Shown here: positions 49,408-61,760 of the stretch, piece by piece
Layout of the letters: the number at the start of each line of letters is the position of its first letter
Position numbering within the stretch: position 1 is the first letter of the stretch
Source: the human T2T-CHM13v2.0 reference genome, Homo sapiens
NCBI RefSeq assembly: GCF_009914755.1
Contig: NC_060947.1
Strand: one strand, 5' to 3'
Length of the DNA stretch: 64,000 nucleotides
Made by a program: the position numbers and the translations under genes
Notes under the pieces: model-generated
Told to the model about the DNA's origin: nothing
Seen by the model: the letters and a program-made list of their open reading frames with translations, nothing else
Databases searched by the model: none

Positions 49408-51594
49408 AAAAGTCCCGCCAAAATCCAAGGTCTTTCTCAAAAAAGGCCCTCCCTTGACGAGCCTGTCAATCTGAGTCTGGCCTTGACCCTGGCTTCAGAA
49501 AGCGAGCAGAGTGCATATTGACACAGCCTCAGCCTCTGTCTGCAGCTGAGGCCGCTGCTATAGGCATTCATGAAACATATCAGATTACACAGGCATGGTA
49601 CCCCAGTCCCTCCCTAATGATTTTATTGGGAAGTCCTTAAATATAAAATGTAACTCTATAACATGTACTATGTTTCACTTCATATATCTGGGTGAGCTAA
49701 TAAGGTTTCTCTTCATGTTGTCCAATTACTTAGGGGAAAATGCTGACATAAAGGAGTTGGGAGTTTAATTTTTTCTCAAAATCACTTCTGAAAGAAATGC
49801 CCCCATCCTTTCTTCAGGATCCTCATGGATCACAGACAGCAAACAATTTTTAAAATATCAATGTACCCTTTAACAAAACAGCACCCCCAACTGGGCCATT
49901 ATCAAGTGCCTACTTTTCAGAGGACGAATACAAACTCTTCACTTGGGTACTGAGGTTAAATGTGATCCCCACCTCTGTGCCATGGGTCTTGTTGAATTTG
50001 TCATTACATATTTTAAATGGAACTCAGAAAAACCAGTGTATAGTATATGAATCCAACCTTAAAGCAACCACCTTAATATTATATATTGTGACAATCCCAT
50101 TTTCCCCATTGGTAAATTAAGTAAGGAATTATTTCACGAGATACATGTCCAGTTAATATTCTACAGGGTGCTTTTGTTTTGTGTTGTTTTGCTTTCCTGC
50201 GTAGAAGCTGAGTACTACAAAACAAAAGGTGAAATGTAAGCTCTCTGGTTCTTTCACTCTTTCATTTTGCTAATAGACTACCCCTCCCATGCCACTCTCC
50301 AACATAACCTCTTGTTTGGTTACTTTGTACTGCCACATAAGGAGAAATTGCAAGCGCTAAACCTAAAGACTGATTATCCTCTGGGCACAAAAGATGATTG
50401 TGGTGGATCTGAAATGACAGCTCTTGTCTCTTCTACTGTGTGGACTTTGCTTTCTGTACACAATAAAAAGAGGCACTATTCATACCTGTATCTTGGTAAG
50501 TAAAAACCTATGCAAATCCAGCCTCTAAATGGGCAATCAACATCTGACTGAAAATGAGACAGCTCCCAGTGTCCTTTTTGGATTTTGTCTGTAACTTCAT
50601 CACTTCCTAAACTATACATGACAGGAGGCATCAGAGTCACAGTATTTCTGATTTTTTTTTTAAATTTTTAATCTGGTGAAACAGTTAAAGAACTGTTTCT
50701 ATGTAAACATTTCTTTGTAATGAAGACTGATATCCCTGGGATGTGGGGGAGGTATTCTAAATGCAACTACAGGTGAAAGAAAAGTAGCAGCTGGCTTTCA
50801 GGCCAGTCCTCAAGGTCTCAGCCCCAAAGCTGGCACTGCTTGCATCTCCCTGGACTTGAGTTGCTACTGTGGCCTCTAGCAGAACAGTCATTCAATCTAG
50901 CGTTCAGTCTGCTTATTGGTGTTGATTTTTCTTTTGTCAATAAAAAACAGAAATAATGCTACAAGGAAGAATGTTCGTAACATGCAAAAACAAGTTAGAA
51001 AGATTAATCTAGTCTTTCATTTATTTAACAAACTTTTACTGAGAACCTACTATCTACCAGGCATTAGGGATATGAGGTAAAGAGACCCAATAACCTCTGC
51101 TTAATGAATAGTTACTGGTACATTCAAGGAAACCTGAGTAAGCCTGAGGAAACCTTTCTCAATTTTCCACACCAGTTGAAGGCAATGCCAAGAAGCTCAG
51201 GATTCAAGAATCCAATGTGGACAATTTTAAGCTAATTTGTGATCCTAAATGGAAAACAAAATCCAGCCAACTATCAGACTCCAGGATGCTCCCATGGCTT
51301 AAAGAGATCAAATGACCTCTAGTCTCTACTGCCAACCCCCTGCATTTCTGTCCAGGTTGCCTTTTCTCTATGGGAGGCCCTTTATTTCTAAGCCCTTCAA
51401 GTTCACTCACTGTCTGGGCAAAAAACAAACTCCTGCCTCAAATCAGAAAACAAATAATTCCTTTTCCTCATGAGCCAACTTAATACTGATGCAAGTAAAA
51501 CTTGAGAGTTGACATAATATTTTAGGAAGCATGTCAAACTGAGTCCTATGCTTGGGCTTCCTGAAAATCACCATACACATACAAAGGGAGAATA

Positions 51595-51628
51595 CACACG
51601 CGCACACACACACACACACACACACACA
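51595..51628. repeat. (CA)n microsatellite
   Basis: Directly visible. Confidence 0.93.
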
Positions 51629-54600
51629 TTTAAATCAAGCCTCCTTTTATTCTTGCTTCCTCTTGAGTTCTGAGCAAAGCATCTTTTTATTTTTTATTTT
51701 TTTCTGAAAGTTAACTGCCTGGAGTTGAACATTCAAAGCCCTGGTTCTTTTCCTGAGCCTCAGAGTGACATCACTATATCAAATATTTATAATAGTTTAC
51801 AGTGAACTTTTTTATTTCATTCTTAGAATTGGAGGAATACTGTAAAAATATTTTCCTATAATCTTCCAGTGAGAAAGCAATGCACATCTGTATACATTGT
51901 TTTGAATTGACCACTAATTTGTACACTCATGTACGTGTGTGTTTGTGTGCCCAGGCAATTTGGAAGTCCCATTATTTCTCAAATAAAAATGATAAGGTCC
52001 TACTTCCCAGATTGTATTGTTTTCTCCATCAATCTTTTAAAAACAATGTCACTCAATCTAATACCAAGCAGATCTAAATGATGAGTTAATAATGCATTTT
52101 TACTACAATGATCTGAAAAAATATTTTCTTATCCCTTTCAGGTCATGTGGATGTTATTAACATCCATTAAGACAACTGATACCTTATTTATCCTAATTCT
52201 CAAAGTTGCCTTTCCAACACTGTCATTTGGCTATCTTGAGGCAATAGATAACCATTTAGGAAGAACAGAATGTCATGGAACCATCTGGTATCCTTAAGAC
52301 CTAAAAGCCCACATTATGAAAGATCTAATTGCTTTCTTTCAGTTATAATTTATGTTTGTTTGCTGGTTGGTTAATTGACAATTAAACAACTTGCTCCCAG
52401 ACACAGTTTCTTCTCTTTCAGGAAAAGTGTCCATCTCATTTTAGCTGAGGCTCGGGTTTCTTTCTATATTTGAAGTGAGAGCTATATCACACCTAGAGAA
52501 AGGCAGAAAAATCCCACAAACACAACTTCTGATTTCTATTTTCTTGATATCACATACATTTGAATGAGGAAAAATCCATCTGTTTTGCCTAGTAGACAAT
52601 GTCATAAGAAAACTCACCAGCATGGAAGAACCTTGATGAAGTAAAGGTGAGTGTAGCCTTCATGCTCTTACAGACACTTGATAATGTTAACATGGCAGTG
52701 ACCATTATCTAACTTTAATTACAGGATGAAATTACTTGTCAAAAATGTACTATAACTTATGTACTGTCAGCTATGCCCCAATCCCTGTTTGTAAGCCTAT
52801 CAGGCAACATTATTTATTTGAAAACAGAAAAATTCTGCCACCTTCCTGAATTTATTGTACTATAAGCAGAATAAAAGTAAAATGTTATCAATAGAAATCT
52901 TCATCATTTTAGAGCTTCTCACTCCATTCCCTCCCCTCGTCCCTCACACATAAAGGCAGCTGGGTGGAGAACAAAACTGTACTAAACTATACTGTCAACA
53001 TCTGCACAACAGTCAAGAGACTGTCACTGTTCCAGCATGTGTGGTACTATACAATCACTCAAAAGACAAAACCTTTTTTATTCCCAAGCTGCTGTGATAC
53101 TGGGAAGTATCACAGTGAAGCTGGAGAGATAATAATACACCTACTGGTCAAAAGCATGAAGTATACAAGTGCCTGGAAGTACAATGAGAGGCAAGAGAAC
53201 CCTTTAGAAGCAAATACAATGCAGACAACTAGGGGAATGTACATTCTACTCTTCTTTGAATGTTTAGGTTCTTGTGAGTGCATAAAAATGCCTTCCGTTT
53301 AAATTAAAAGCTGTACCCAAAATCTATTCCACTGTGAGTTTATAAGCTATTCTTCTTTTTAATGTAACATTTATTAAGCACCTAGTTTGTGCAAAGCATT
53401 ATCTAGGTAGAGGGTGGTGCAAGAGAATACCAAAGGTCCTTTGCTACCAGCTCATAATCATAAAAAGCAGCTGTTGTGAAATGCCTGAAGTGGACAGTTG
53501 AGGAAAAAAAAGGTACTTTATAATAGTCCTGGGAGTCATTACGATTGCTTAAAGTAGCAAAGGAAATTAGAGAAATGAAGTAGCTCTTAGAAGTAGAGCA
53601 AAACATGCAGTCACCACCTCTAGCCCAGCACTATATCAATTATCTCTCAAAACATTTTTTTTTTACAAACTCCTTCACTTATGTTTTCATATAAGGTCTC
53701 CAATCTCATCACTGTATGAGGCAGCAGAATGTTAACTGGCAAAATTTCCTAATTTCTCTGACACCAGTTTAGCTTGTCTATTCTGGCCTCAAGGTTTAGT
53801 ATTTTCACTTTTCTTTCTTTCTTTTTTTCTTTTTTTTTAAGGATGCATTTGGTCCGAAGTCTTTTAGCAGCAAGGTAGCACATCCGGAAGCAAACAGTAC
53901 TGAACTGGGATCTAAGTCCATAATCACTAAAAATGGGAGAAGTTGCTTTTTCTCATCCTCCCTTTACCAAAATGCAAGTGTTTATTGCTCTACCTGCAGG
54001 AACTCTCATTTTAGACATGAAGCAATGAATTGCCCCACATACTTCTTTCAAGAATAATATGAAAAACTGCTGAAAATTTGTTGTATAGTAATTCCATTGT
54101 AAACAGTTTGGTTGTTTGTTTCTAGGTAGACTACAGCACCTGGGCAGAAAACTGCACCATGCTTTAATAAGGGCAAAACAATATTTTTCTCCCTTTCCAC
54201 ACACTTGCTAAATTTAGTAGCAGAGCGTCTGCCAACCAAGTAGTTTCTACTGCTTTGGGAGAAGGAGTGAACAGCGATAGAATATTATCAGCTGAGCTGT
54301 GGGCAGAAGCCCATTTTAGTCTATATTTGAAGAAGTGTTGGTAAATATGAAAGCATCCCCCAAAAGTATCGCACATTAGAAAAAAGTTAAAAATTATTTT
54401 AAAAAGTAGTTAAACATTCAGGATTAGATTTTCATGGGCCAAGGAGAAGATGGAAATATAATCAGGAAAAATCCAAGGTGTCTGATAAGCCTCATTGTCT
54501 ATTTACCTTTCACTGGAGGGGGAAACAAAACAAAACAAAATTCAGATAAATTGTATCAAGCATGGATGTTTAGTCATTCCCACATACCAACAATCTGTTT

Positions 54601-54870
54601 TCCAAACATTATATCAGTAATCACCCAAACGTTTATTCACTAAAGCAGGGAGTCCGCTTAATAAAAAAAGTACCAATCACTTCAAAATTAAATCTTGCAA
54701 GTTTTGTTTTAATTGATTCTTTCCCATGAAGTCTACCCACAAATACGGAGAGGCTGTGGGGATCCCAGCTCAATTTACAAACGATGTAAGAACATCTAGG
54801 AGAAAATAACTCCTTTAAAACATATTACTTTAATTAGAGCCACAATTAATTTATCTGTTTTATCTATCAT

Positions 54871-54897
54871 CTAGCTAGCTAGCTAGCTAGCTAGCTA
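54871..54897. repeat. (CTAG)6 self-complementary microsatellite
   Basis: ctagctagctagctagctagctagcta. Confidence 0.93.
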
Positions 54898-55264
54898 TCT
54901 AAGAGTGCTCAGAAAAACACACAGTAGGTCTATTACCCTAATTATGAAACCACAACAAAGAATCACTTAAATGTCAACTTTCATTACTCGTCTGGGTTTA
55001 ATTTCGTTTTCTTACCATAAAAGCTTATTGTGTGAGTGTTAAAAACTAAAGTTCCCTTTTTAATAGTCTCCTAAAATCTACTCTCATGCCCTTCAAACCC
55101 CAGTAGTAAAAGCGAGCTGCCCAAACGTGTTGACTCAGGGCAGGAAGAGACAAGGTTCTGCAAGGAAGCTGTGGCACTGCTCACGATATCGCGTGAAAAT
55201 GGGGAAATTCGTTGTTAAAAAGCATTTGCTGATTATATGCCATGCAAGAAGTTCCTTTAAATTA

Positions 55265-55371
55265 AAAAGAAGAAAGTAGAAAAAAAGAAAGAAGGAAGGA
55301 AGGGGAGGAGGAAGAGAAGAGGAGGAAGAGAAGGAAGAAGAAAAAGGAGGAGGAGGAAAGGAGGAGGAAAA
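55265..55371. repeat. GA-rich polypurine tract
   Basis: About 105 nt of almost pure A/G (GAA/GAG/GGA units). Confidence 0.92.
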
Positions 55372-55519
55372 TGATCAAAGCTCTAAAATCGCAACAAAGT
55401 TGCAGGATGACTTTTCCTCCTATTTGCTATTTTGTAAAATGAAGTTTAAAAGGCATTATTTCCTCGGCGTCCGAGGAAGGCAGCCTCTCTTACAAATCCC
55501 AATTCATCTCCAGCCTTAC

Positions 55520-55720
55520 CTTACGCTGCTAGCGCAAACCCAGAGGCTAAGGGGCCCTGCTCTCAGCGGCAGCAGCAGGGGCAGCGGCAGCGACAGCGGC
55601 ACATGCCATCTGTTAGCGGCAGAAGCAAAAGCAGCGCTGCGCGAGGTGGCCCCGGTGCCGGGAGAGCCTTTAGCAGGGGTGCATACTGAATGCCGCCATT
55701 TTAAAGCGAGGTTCCTGAAA
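55520..55720 (-). other. MBNL3: Candidate non-coding first exon A (5' end approximate)
   Basis: Donor AAG|GTAAGG at 55520/55519, with a second GTAAGG 5 nt upstream. YY1-type AAAATGGCGGC near its 5' end and a GC box upstream. Confidence 0.7.
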
Positions 55721-56483
55721 TCATTAGATATAAGCAAATTAAAGCCCGCCCCACCTCCAGAACTTCAGGGCTGGGACTTGCAACCCGGCTCCAAGTCGGC
55801 CGCTCTGGGGTATAAAATGTCAAGTCTACAGACACGCGCACGCTGACTCTCGGACGGAGGCGACGGTTCCCCCTCTCCCTTCGGCCCCCTTGACCCCTTC
55901 GTGCTTTTTGCAAGACTCCTTTCGGTTCCAGGGGCCAGAATACTTTCTTTTCTGGGCTCCTCGAGGCCCCTTCCCGGGGCCGGCCGGCGGGCTGTGGGAG
56001 GAGGGGACAAGGCCACGGGCCGGCCCTACCCGCTCCTCCCAGGCTCTTGGTTCAGTCCACTCGGAGCACACCTCGGAGCGCCCCAGCTCCCTCGCGGAGG
56101 CCGGGCGTGGGGCTCCCGCCCGGGCTCGCAGCTACCATAGCAACCCCGGTCCCAACCCCGCCCGGCCTTTGCCAAAGGCGTGCCCTCCTCCCGGGCCAGT
56201 GCCCTCCGCCGGACGCCAGACGTCCCCTCGCGCAGCCCCGCCGACCCCAGGCAGCCCGGGCTGGGGCCGCGCCTCCGTGCGTCCCGCGCCGGACAGACGC
56301 GGCACGCGGAGGGAAACGGCGCCAGCGAGGGGCTTTAGGCGCCAAAACGGAAACTCCCGCGAAACTCCGCGGGCCAGCGGAGCCGCGGGCGGGCATCCGG
56401 AGCGCCGGACTCGGAAGCGGCGCACGCGGCCGCCCGGCCCCGCCCCGCCCGGCCAGGTAGCGCGGCGCCGCCGCCAACCTCAC

Positions 56484-56650
56484 CTGGCTCCGCGCGCCGC
56501 TGCGGGACGGGCGGGAATGCGGCCAAGGGCCGCCCCGGCTCCCGCGCCCACCCCGGACTCTCTGGCCTCCGCCTCTCTCTCACTGCTCCCAAAGAGCGCC
56601 AAAAAGTCGCGCTGCGGCTCACGCTCGGAGTGCGGGCACTTTCTTCCTGT
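56484..56650 (-). other. MBNL3: Candidate non-coding first exon B (5' end approximate)
   Basis: Donor CAG|GTGAGG at 56484/56483 in the core of the CpG island. Confidence 0.65.
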
Positions 56651-57085
56651 AGGGCGCTGTTTCGTCGCGAAATATATTCTTTGTGTGGTTCGCTCACTCG
56701 TGCCTGGTTCTCCGAGAGCGCAGCGCGGGCTTTATTCTCAGGGGGTGTGGCGCCTCGCCCCCAAACCCAGCAGCCCAGCCCCCGCTGCACAGACCCTTTG
56801 TCATTTCATTAGGAAGGGAAAGGGGGACAAATCATAACGCTCAGATTTTACAAAAGCGAAAACAAACGAAGCAGGCACACATCCCCAGAGGCGGGGTTGG
56901 GGTAGGGGTGCAAAGTTTCTGGCTCTTCAGGAACTGAAGTGCCAGTGAGAAAGGCAGTGTGGTTCACAGCGGGACGCTCATAGACACTTCCCAGACAGGT
57001 GAGGCGAAATGGGTCCTTTCAAAATTGATCTTAGTCGATGAATAAGTCCACTCGCTACAGGCTAAATAAATACATTCATACTCAC

Positions 57086-57250
57086 CAGCTGCCTTCTTGG
57101 GGGTTTTATCTTTCATAAATGCCCCAATCGTTTATTTCCCTCTAAGAATTTCAGACAGGGAAATGCTGATCAGTGCAATCTGTTCCCCTTCTTCCACGGA
57201 GTTTGCAGGATAAGAGGAACCCTGAGGTAAGGTTCCAGATACTTTGGAAA
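57086..57250 (-). other. Possible distal first exon C (extent uncertain)
   Basis: Consensus donor CTG|GTGAGT at 57086/57085 just outside the island. No other support. Confidence 0.3.
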
Positions 57251-58913
57251 ATGGACAAAGCAAATGCAATTTTATATCTTGATTAAAAAGTGTGCATCTG
57301 CACAGGGAAATTACAAGTTTCGATTTAATGCAAGTGTAATAGGAGCACCAGCTGTCCCTTAATTGGAGCCCCACAATAATAAATGCGTGCTTTTATTTAA
57401 TTTTACGAAGACAATTGTAGTTGATAACGCACACATATGCAGGATCGTCAGTGACAAGCTCATAGCAATTCATGGCTGCTTTCCTGTAATCAGCTACTTC
57501 ACCCAGAGACAGAGTTCTACATGCTCTGCACAAAGTGCAAAACATTGCAGGAGATATTTAAGCAGCAGTTAGGTTGAAAAGTGGAGTGAATTCTCAGGCT
57601 AATTATACTTTTTAATTCTGATGGACTGATCCAAATAGAATTCTCCAGCTAATTTTAGGCAAGAAATCAATCTGTTTGTTAAGTGCAAGATAATAGAGTA
57701 GGATGGTAATGGCTGGGAGGACAAGACTGGGTACAAACTGCCCTTCAAATAATTGAGAAAACCCCCGATGGTTTTGGCAAGTATCGTGAAAGTCATTGGG
57801 ACAATGCGCAGGGATGGTGTCCGATACTTTGTTATACTGGGTAGAAACATAGCATAAGTCAAGAGAGTAGGAGTTGCTAGTTATTTGAGAAAAGGGGGAA
57901 AAGACTCTAATTCCTAACCACCTCTTCCCACCTTCCTTCAAATTTGCCGAATTGCCTGAACTGCTGTAAAAGTCAAATGTGTCTGACATACAGGAAGTGG
58001 CTTTGGCAGTCCCAAGATCTACCACAGCAAAAAGTAGGCAGTGTTGGCTATCACAGTCAGCTAGAGAGAAGGGCATGGGTGAGTTACATAACTTTATACC
58101 CAATGCTCTAACAAATGAGGAACTGTTATCACAGTGAGTCAACAAAGGAGTCTTTATATTAAACATAGCTTGGGTCAACACCAGCTCTCTTACCTCTGTC
58201 CACCATTGCGAGCCACATCTGTGGGACATTCGGGGTTTTGCTAATAACACAAAAACTGGCTCAATCTTATTGAACTGCTGAAATAATTGTTTTGTCTTAA
58301 ATTTAAGGCATAAATAGGTCAATTTGCTATTTTTTGGGATACTATAGCTTCAACATTGTCTCCTGCTTTTAATTTCTGGCCAGTGAAAATTGCAAATGAG
58401 ACTTTATTATTCTCTCTTTCCCACACTGGAGGGGAAAGAAACCTTATAAACAAAGTTTAGCCTGGTAAACTGCCTTCCTTTTATCCAGGGTGGCATGACC
58501 TCCACAAATGAAGCTAGGCAAATTTCCATGCCACCAGGCCACTGGGGAATGTTGTCAAAGGCACTAAGAAATTGCTATTCCCTCCCCTCAGCATTTTAAA
58601 AAGGCCCATTTGCTCTCTGGGGTGGACTTACCTTGGAATTACTTTCTTTCCATTTTAGTAGAGTAGTTAGAGCTAGCCAACATTTTCTCTTCTGTTCTTC
58701 TCTTTAGGCATAATTGGTGGCATGACCCAGGAAAAATAGGGTCGTGTACTGACTGATATGCAAGATGAATTCTTACAATAATGTATGTACATTATAGTCT
58801 CAGAATACATATGCCTGTTCCCCCATTGCGTTTTGAGATCACCTGACAACCACTATCCTGATGGATCTTCAAAAGTCAGTGTCTTGCAACTCGGATTGAA
58901 AAATTAAGTCCCT

Positions 58914-59259
58914 GGCTGGGTGGAGTGGCTCACACCTGTAATCCCAGCACTTTGGGAGACCAAGGTAGGTGGATCACTTGAGGTCAGGAGTTCCAGACCA
59001 GCCTCGCCAACATGGTGAAACCCCGTCTCTACTAAAAATACAAAAATTAGCTGGGCATGGTGGCACGCACCTGTAGTCCCAGCTACTCAGGAGGCTGAGG
59101 CAGGAGGATCACTTGAGCCTGAGATCGTGCCACTGCACTCCAGCTTGGGCAACAGAGTGAGACTCTGTCTCAAATAATAATAATAATAATAGTAATAATA
59201 ATAATAAGAAGAAGAAGAAGAAGAAGAAGGGAAGAAGGAGAAGGAGAAGAAGAAGAAGA
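58914..59259 (+). mobile_element. Alu with right-arm deletion and (TAA)n-(GAA)n tail
   Basis: Alu body 58914-59172 followed by a compound microsatellite tail. TSD aagtccc at 58906-58912 and 59260-59266. Confidence 0.93.
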
Positions 59260-60574
59260 AAGTCCCGTCCTTCTCTCCTACTCAGTCAAATGCAGGTGTG
59301 TAAGCAAACATTTCAACAAACCTAGGGGATATGCTTTTTCTGCTCTATGTCTTAACGCTTGAGATGGACACTTACACAAATGTAAGGCTAGGATTCTGGG
59401 TAAGGATGTAGTAACCTCTCAAGTAGCATGTTCTTCCAATAAATATAATTAACTTTGATGTAGGAAAGAATTCTAAAAGTTATGTGATGGTTTAATAACG
59501 AAACGATTATTGTACTCCACCACCAAACAAATGTTGCTGTATTTTTAAAGATGTCGCATAGGTGAAAAGTTAAACTCACGCATATATGAGTGAACCAGGG
59601 TCTTGAGAAGTTTTTGAACTTTCAACATATTCGATCAGAATTATCCTTTCACTCCTCTGCTAAGCCACATAACTCATTTATTATTCTTTGAAACAGACAG
59701 TCAACGTGTGCTATTGGACATTCAGGCAAGGCCGTGCTATGGACAAAAGGTGAAACATGTTTTTCTGTTTTGAACTTGTGGAATTATTCTCACTAGCCTA
59801 TCAACAAGAGTATTATTTGCTACTGCTGTGTTCTAGCGATGGCTCCACAGGCTCCAGCCCCACAGCAGTATTTGTGGTCATTCCATACAGAAGCCTCTGG
59901 CCATTTAAGGGTGGTTCAAGAGCTAAAGACACTGATTATTCATTCATTCCTGAAGAGTCTTTTTCATTCAGAGTTGGGAATTTGGACTTTGGGGTTCAAC
60001 ACAGAGGTTCCTACTAAATAAACAGGAAGAAAGCAGAATCTGGTTGTTAAAAGGGTTTAAACAATCAAGTAAATGTTGGCTTCCAAGGTAACCCCTCTGT
60101 AAAATGTTACAGACTGTATTCTTACAGAAGAAACTATAAGGCAATTTAGTAACTAGTTGAATGCAGAAACAAATTGCAAGCATAGATAATAAATTGATCA
60201 ATAACTCTCAGGTTGCAAAGAAAATTTCTGGAACTCAGTGTTTTTTTTTCACATGGACAAAATTGTCAGAATTATTTGGACATATTCTAATAAATACAGA
60301 AGAAAACAGGACAAATTTTTTTTAAAAAATCCTTCAAAGCACACCTGGGCCTGATGGATTTACAAGGTGAATTCTCTTCCAAGCCTTTTAAGAACATATT
60401 ATACAAATTATCCTTGATTATTGAAAAGTATAGTATATTTCTTAAAATTGCCCTCAGAGGGAAATGTGCTAAGAATGATACAGATAAAATGATACAAAAA
60501 GGTAAGAACAATTTAAAAATGGAAGCATGATATAAAAAAGAAAAGTAAGCCCTATTCTCACTTAGAAATACGAT

Positions 60575-60880
60575 AATTGTAACAGTAACCATTTAATGTA
60601 GAACTACTCTAGGCACTGTACTAAGTATTTTTCACAAATTAACTCATTTAATTCTCATAACAATCCTTGTAATTATTTTTATGTCCCCATAAAAACAGGA
60701 AAACTGAGGCTTGCTAAAAGTAAAAAAGTTATTAGGTAGCAGAACTAGGATTCTACACTATTTTTCTCTGATGACAGGGCTCATGTTTTAACTACTGCAC
60801 AGTACTGAGTAAAGCTACTATGAGGTCCAGTTGGATTTAAACTCAAACACTTGCTCCATCTAGTATGCCACACTGCCTCT
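60575..60880 (-). mobile_element. MIR fragments
   Basis: ctaggcactgtactaag...aactcatttaattctcataacaatcc...aaactgaggct. Confidence 0.7.
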
Positions 60881-61309
60881 CATTGATGTGGGCGTTTTAA
60901 CAAAAATTCTACGAATACAATACAGACATATATTAAAATAGCTTTGTCTTGATCAAGTATTGTTTATCCAAGAAATGTAAAGATAATTTCAACAACTATC
61001 AATATATTGAAAAATATATGATTATCCTAGTAAATGCCAACAAAGGCATTTAATAAAATCTAACTCCTGTTTATGGTTAACATCAGGAATAGTGAACTAT
61101 GTCTCTGACATAATAAAAAATGTGTACTCAAAAAACAAAGAACTAACCACCTACCTATTGATAAAACATTATTTTCCAAAAAGCTGGACTAAAATAAGTG
61201 TTTTAATCATTTATAAGTCTAGTGTTTCTGAGGAATCTTTGATTTGGCAATAAGATATAAAAATAGATTAGAAATAAATATTGGAAAGGAAGAAACTATG
61301 GGAAATTTT

Positions 61310-61585
61310 TAAATCAAGACTATTTTTTTAAATCAGTTTTAGGTCCACAGTCCAATTGAAAGGTGAAGAGATTTCTCATATAGCCTGGCCCCAAAACATG
61401 CACAACGTCTCCAGTTATTAACATCCAATTGATGACCCTACATTGACACAAAATTATCATTCATCCAACAGTTTACATTAGAATTCACTGTTGGTGTTAA
61501 AAATTCTAAGAGTTTGGACAAACGTATAATGACATTATCTACCATTATAATATCATACAGACTATTTTCAATACTCTAAAAATCA
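61310..61585 (-). mobile_element. L1MC-type 3' end
   Basis: cagttttaggtccacag...attgatgaccctacattgacac...agtttggacaaacgtataatgaca. Confidence 0.75.
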
Positions 61586-61669
61586 AAGATAGAAAATGTT
61601 TAGACAATATTGCTGTATACCTAGAAAATCCACAGAATTAACTGAAAGAGATTAGACATTACTAGAGTT

Positions 61670-61760
61670 CTCGAGGCTGCAGTGAGCCATGATCGCAACG
61701 CTGCACTTCAGCCTGGGTAACAGAGCAAGACCTTGTCTCAAAACAAAAATAAAAAGCAAA
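61670..61760 (+). mobile_element. 5'-truncated AluJ/FLAM fragment
   Basis: tcgaggctgcagtgagccatgatcgc...cagcctgggtaacagagcaagaccttgtctc plus A tail. Confidence 0.88.

Larger units (their letters stand above)
55460..56870. promoter_or_regulatory. MBNL3: CpG-island promoter of MBNL3
   Basis: Very high GC and CpG density. GC boxes at about 55744 and 56438-56450, YY1 motif CCGCCATTTT at 55693-55702, several E2F-like motifs. Confidence 0.92.

Noticed and set aside
55400-56937. Long overlapping ORFs in the CpG island (315, 151, 148, 143, 137 aa)
   Set aside because: P/A/R/G-rich frames are expected where high GC makes stops rare. Many have non-ATG starts and none has a recognisable domain.
57612-58322. 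236-aa minus-strand ORF upstream of the promoter
   Set aside because: TTG start, no recognisable domain or coding-like composition. Probably chance, and would need PhyloCSF or Ribo-seq support.
58489-58727. 12-bp direct repeat GGTGGCATGACC about 227 bp apart
   Set aside because: No recognisable element or A tail between the copies. Compatible with chance.
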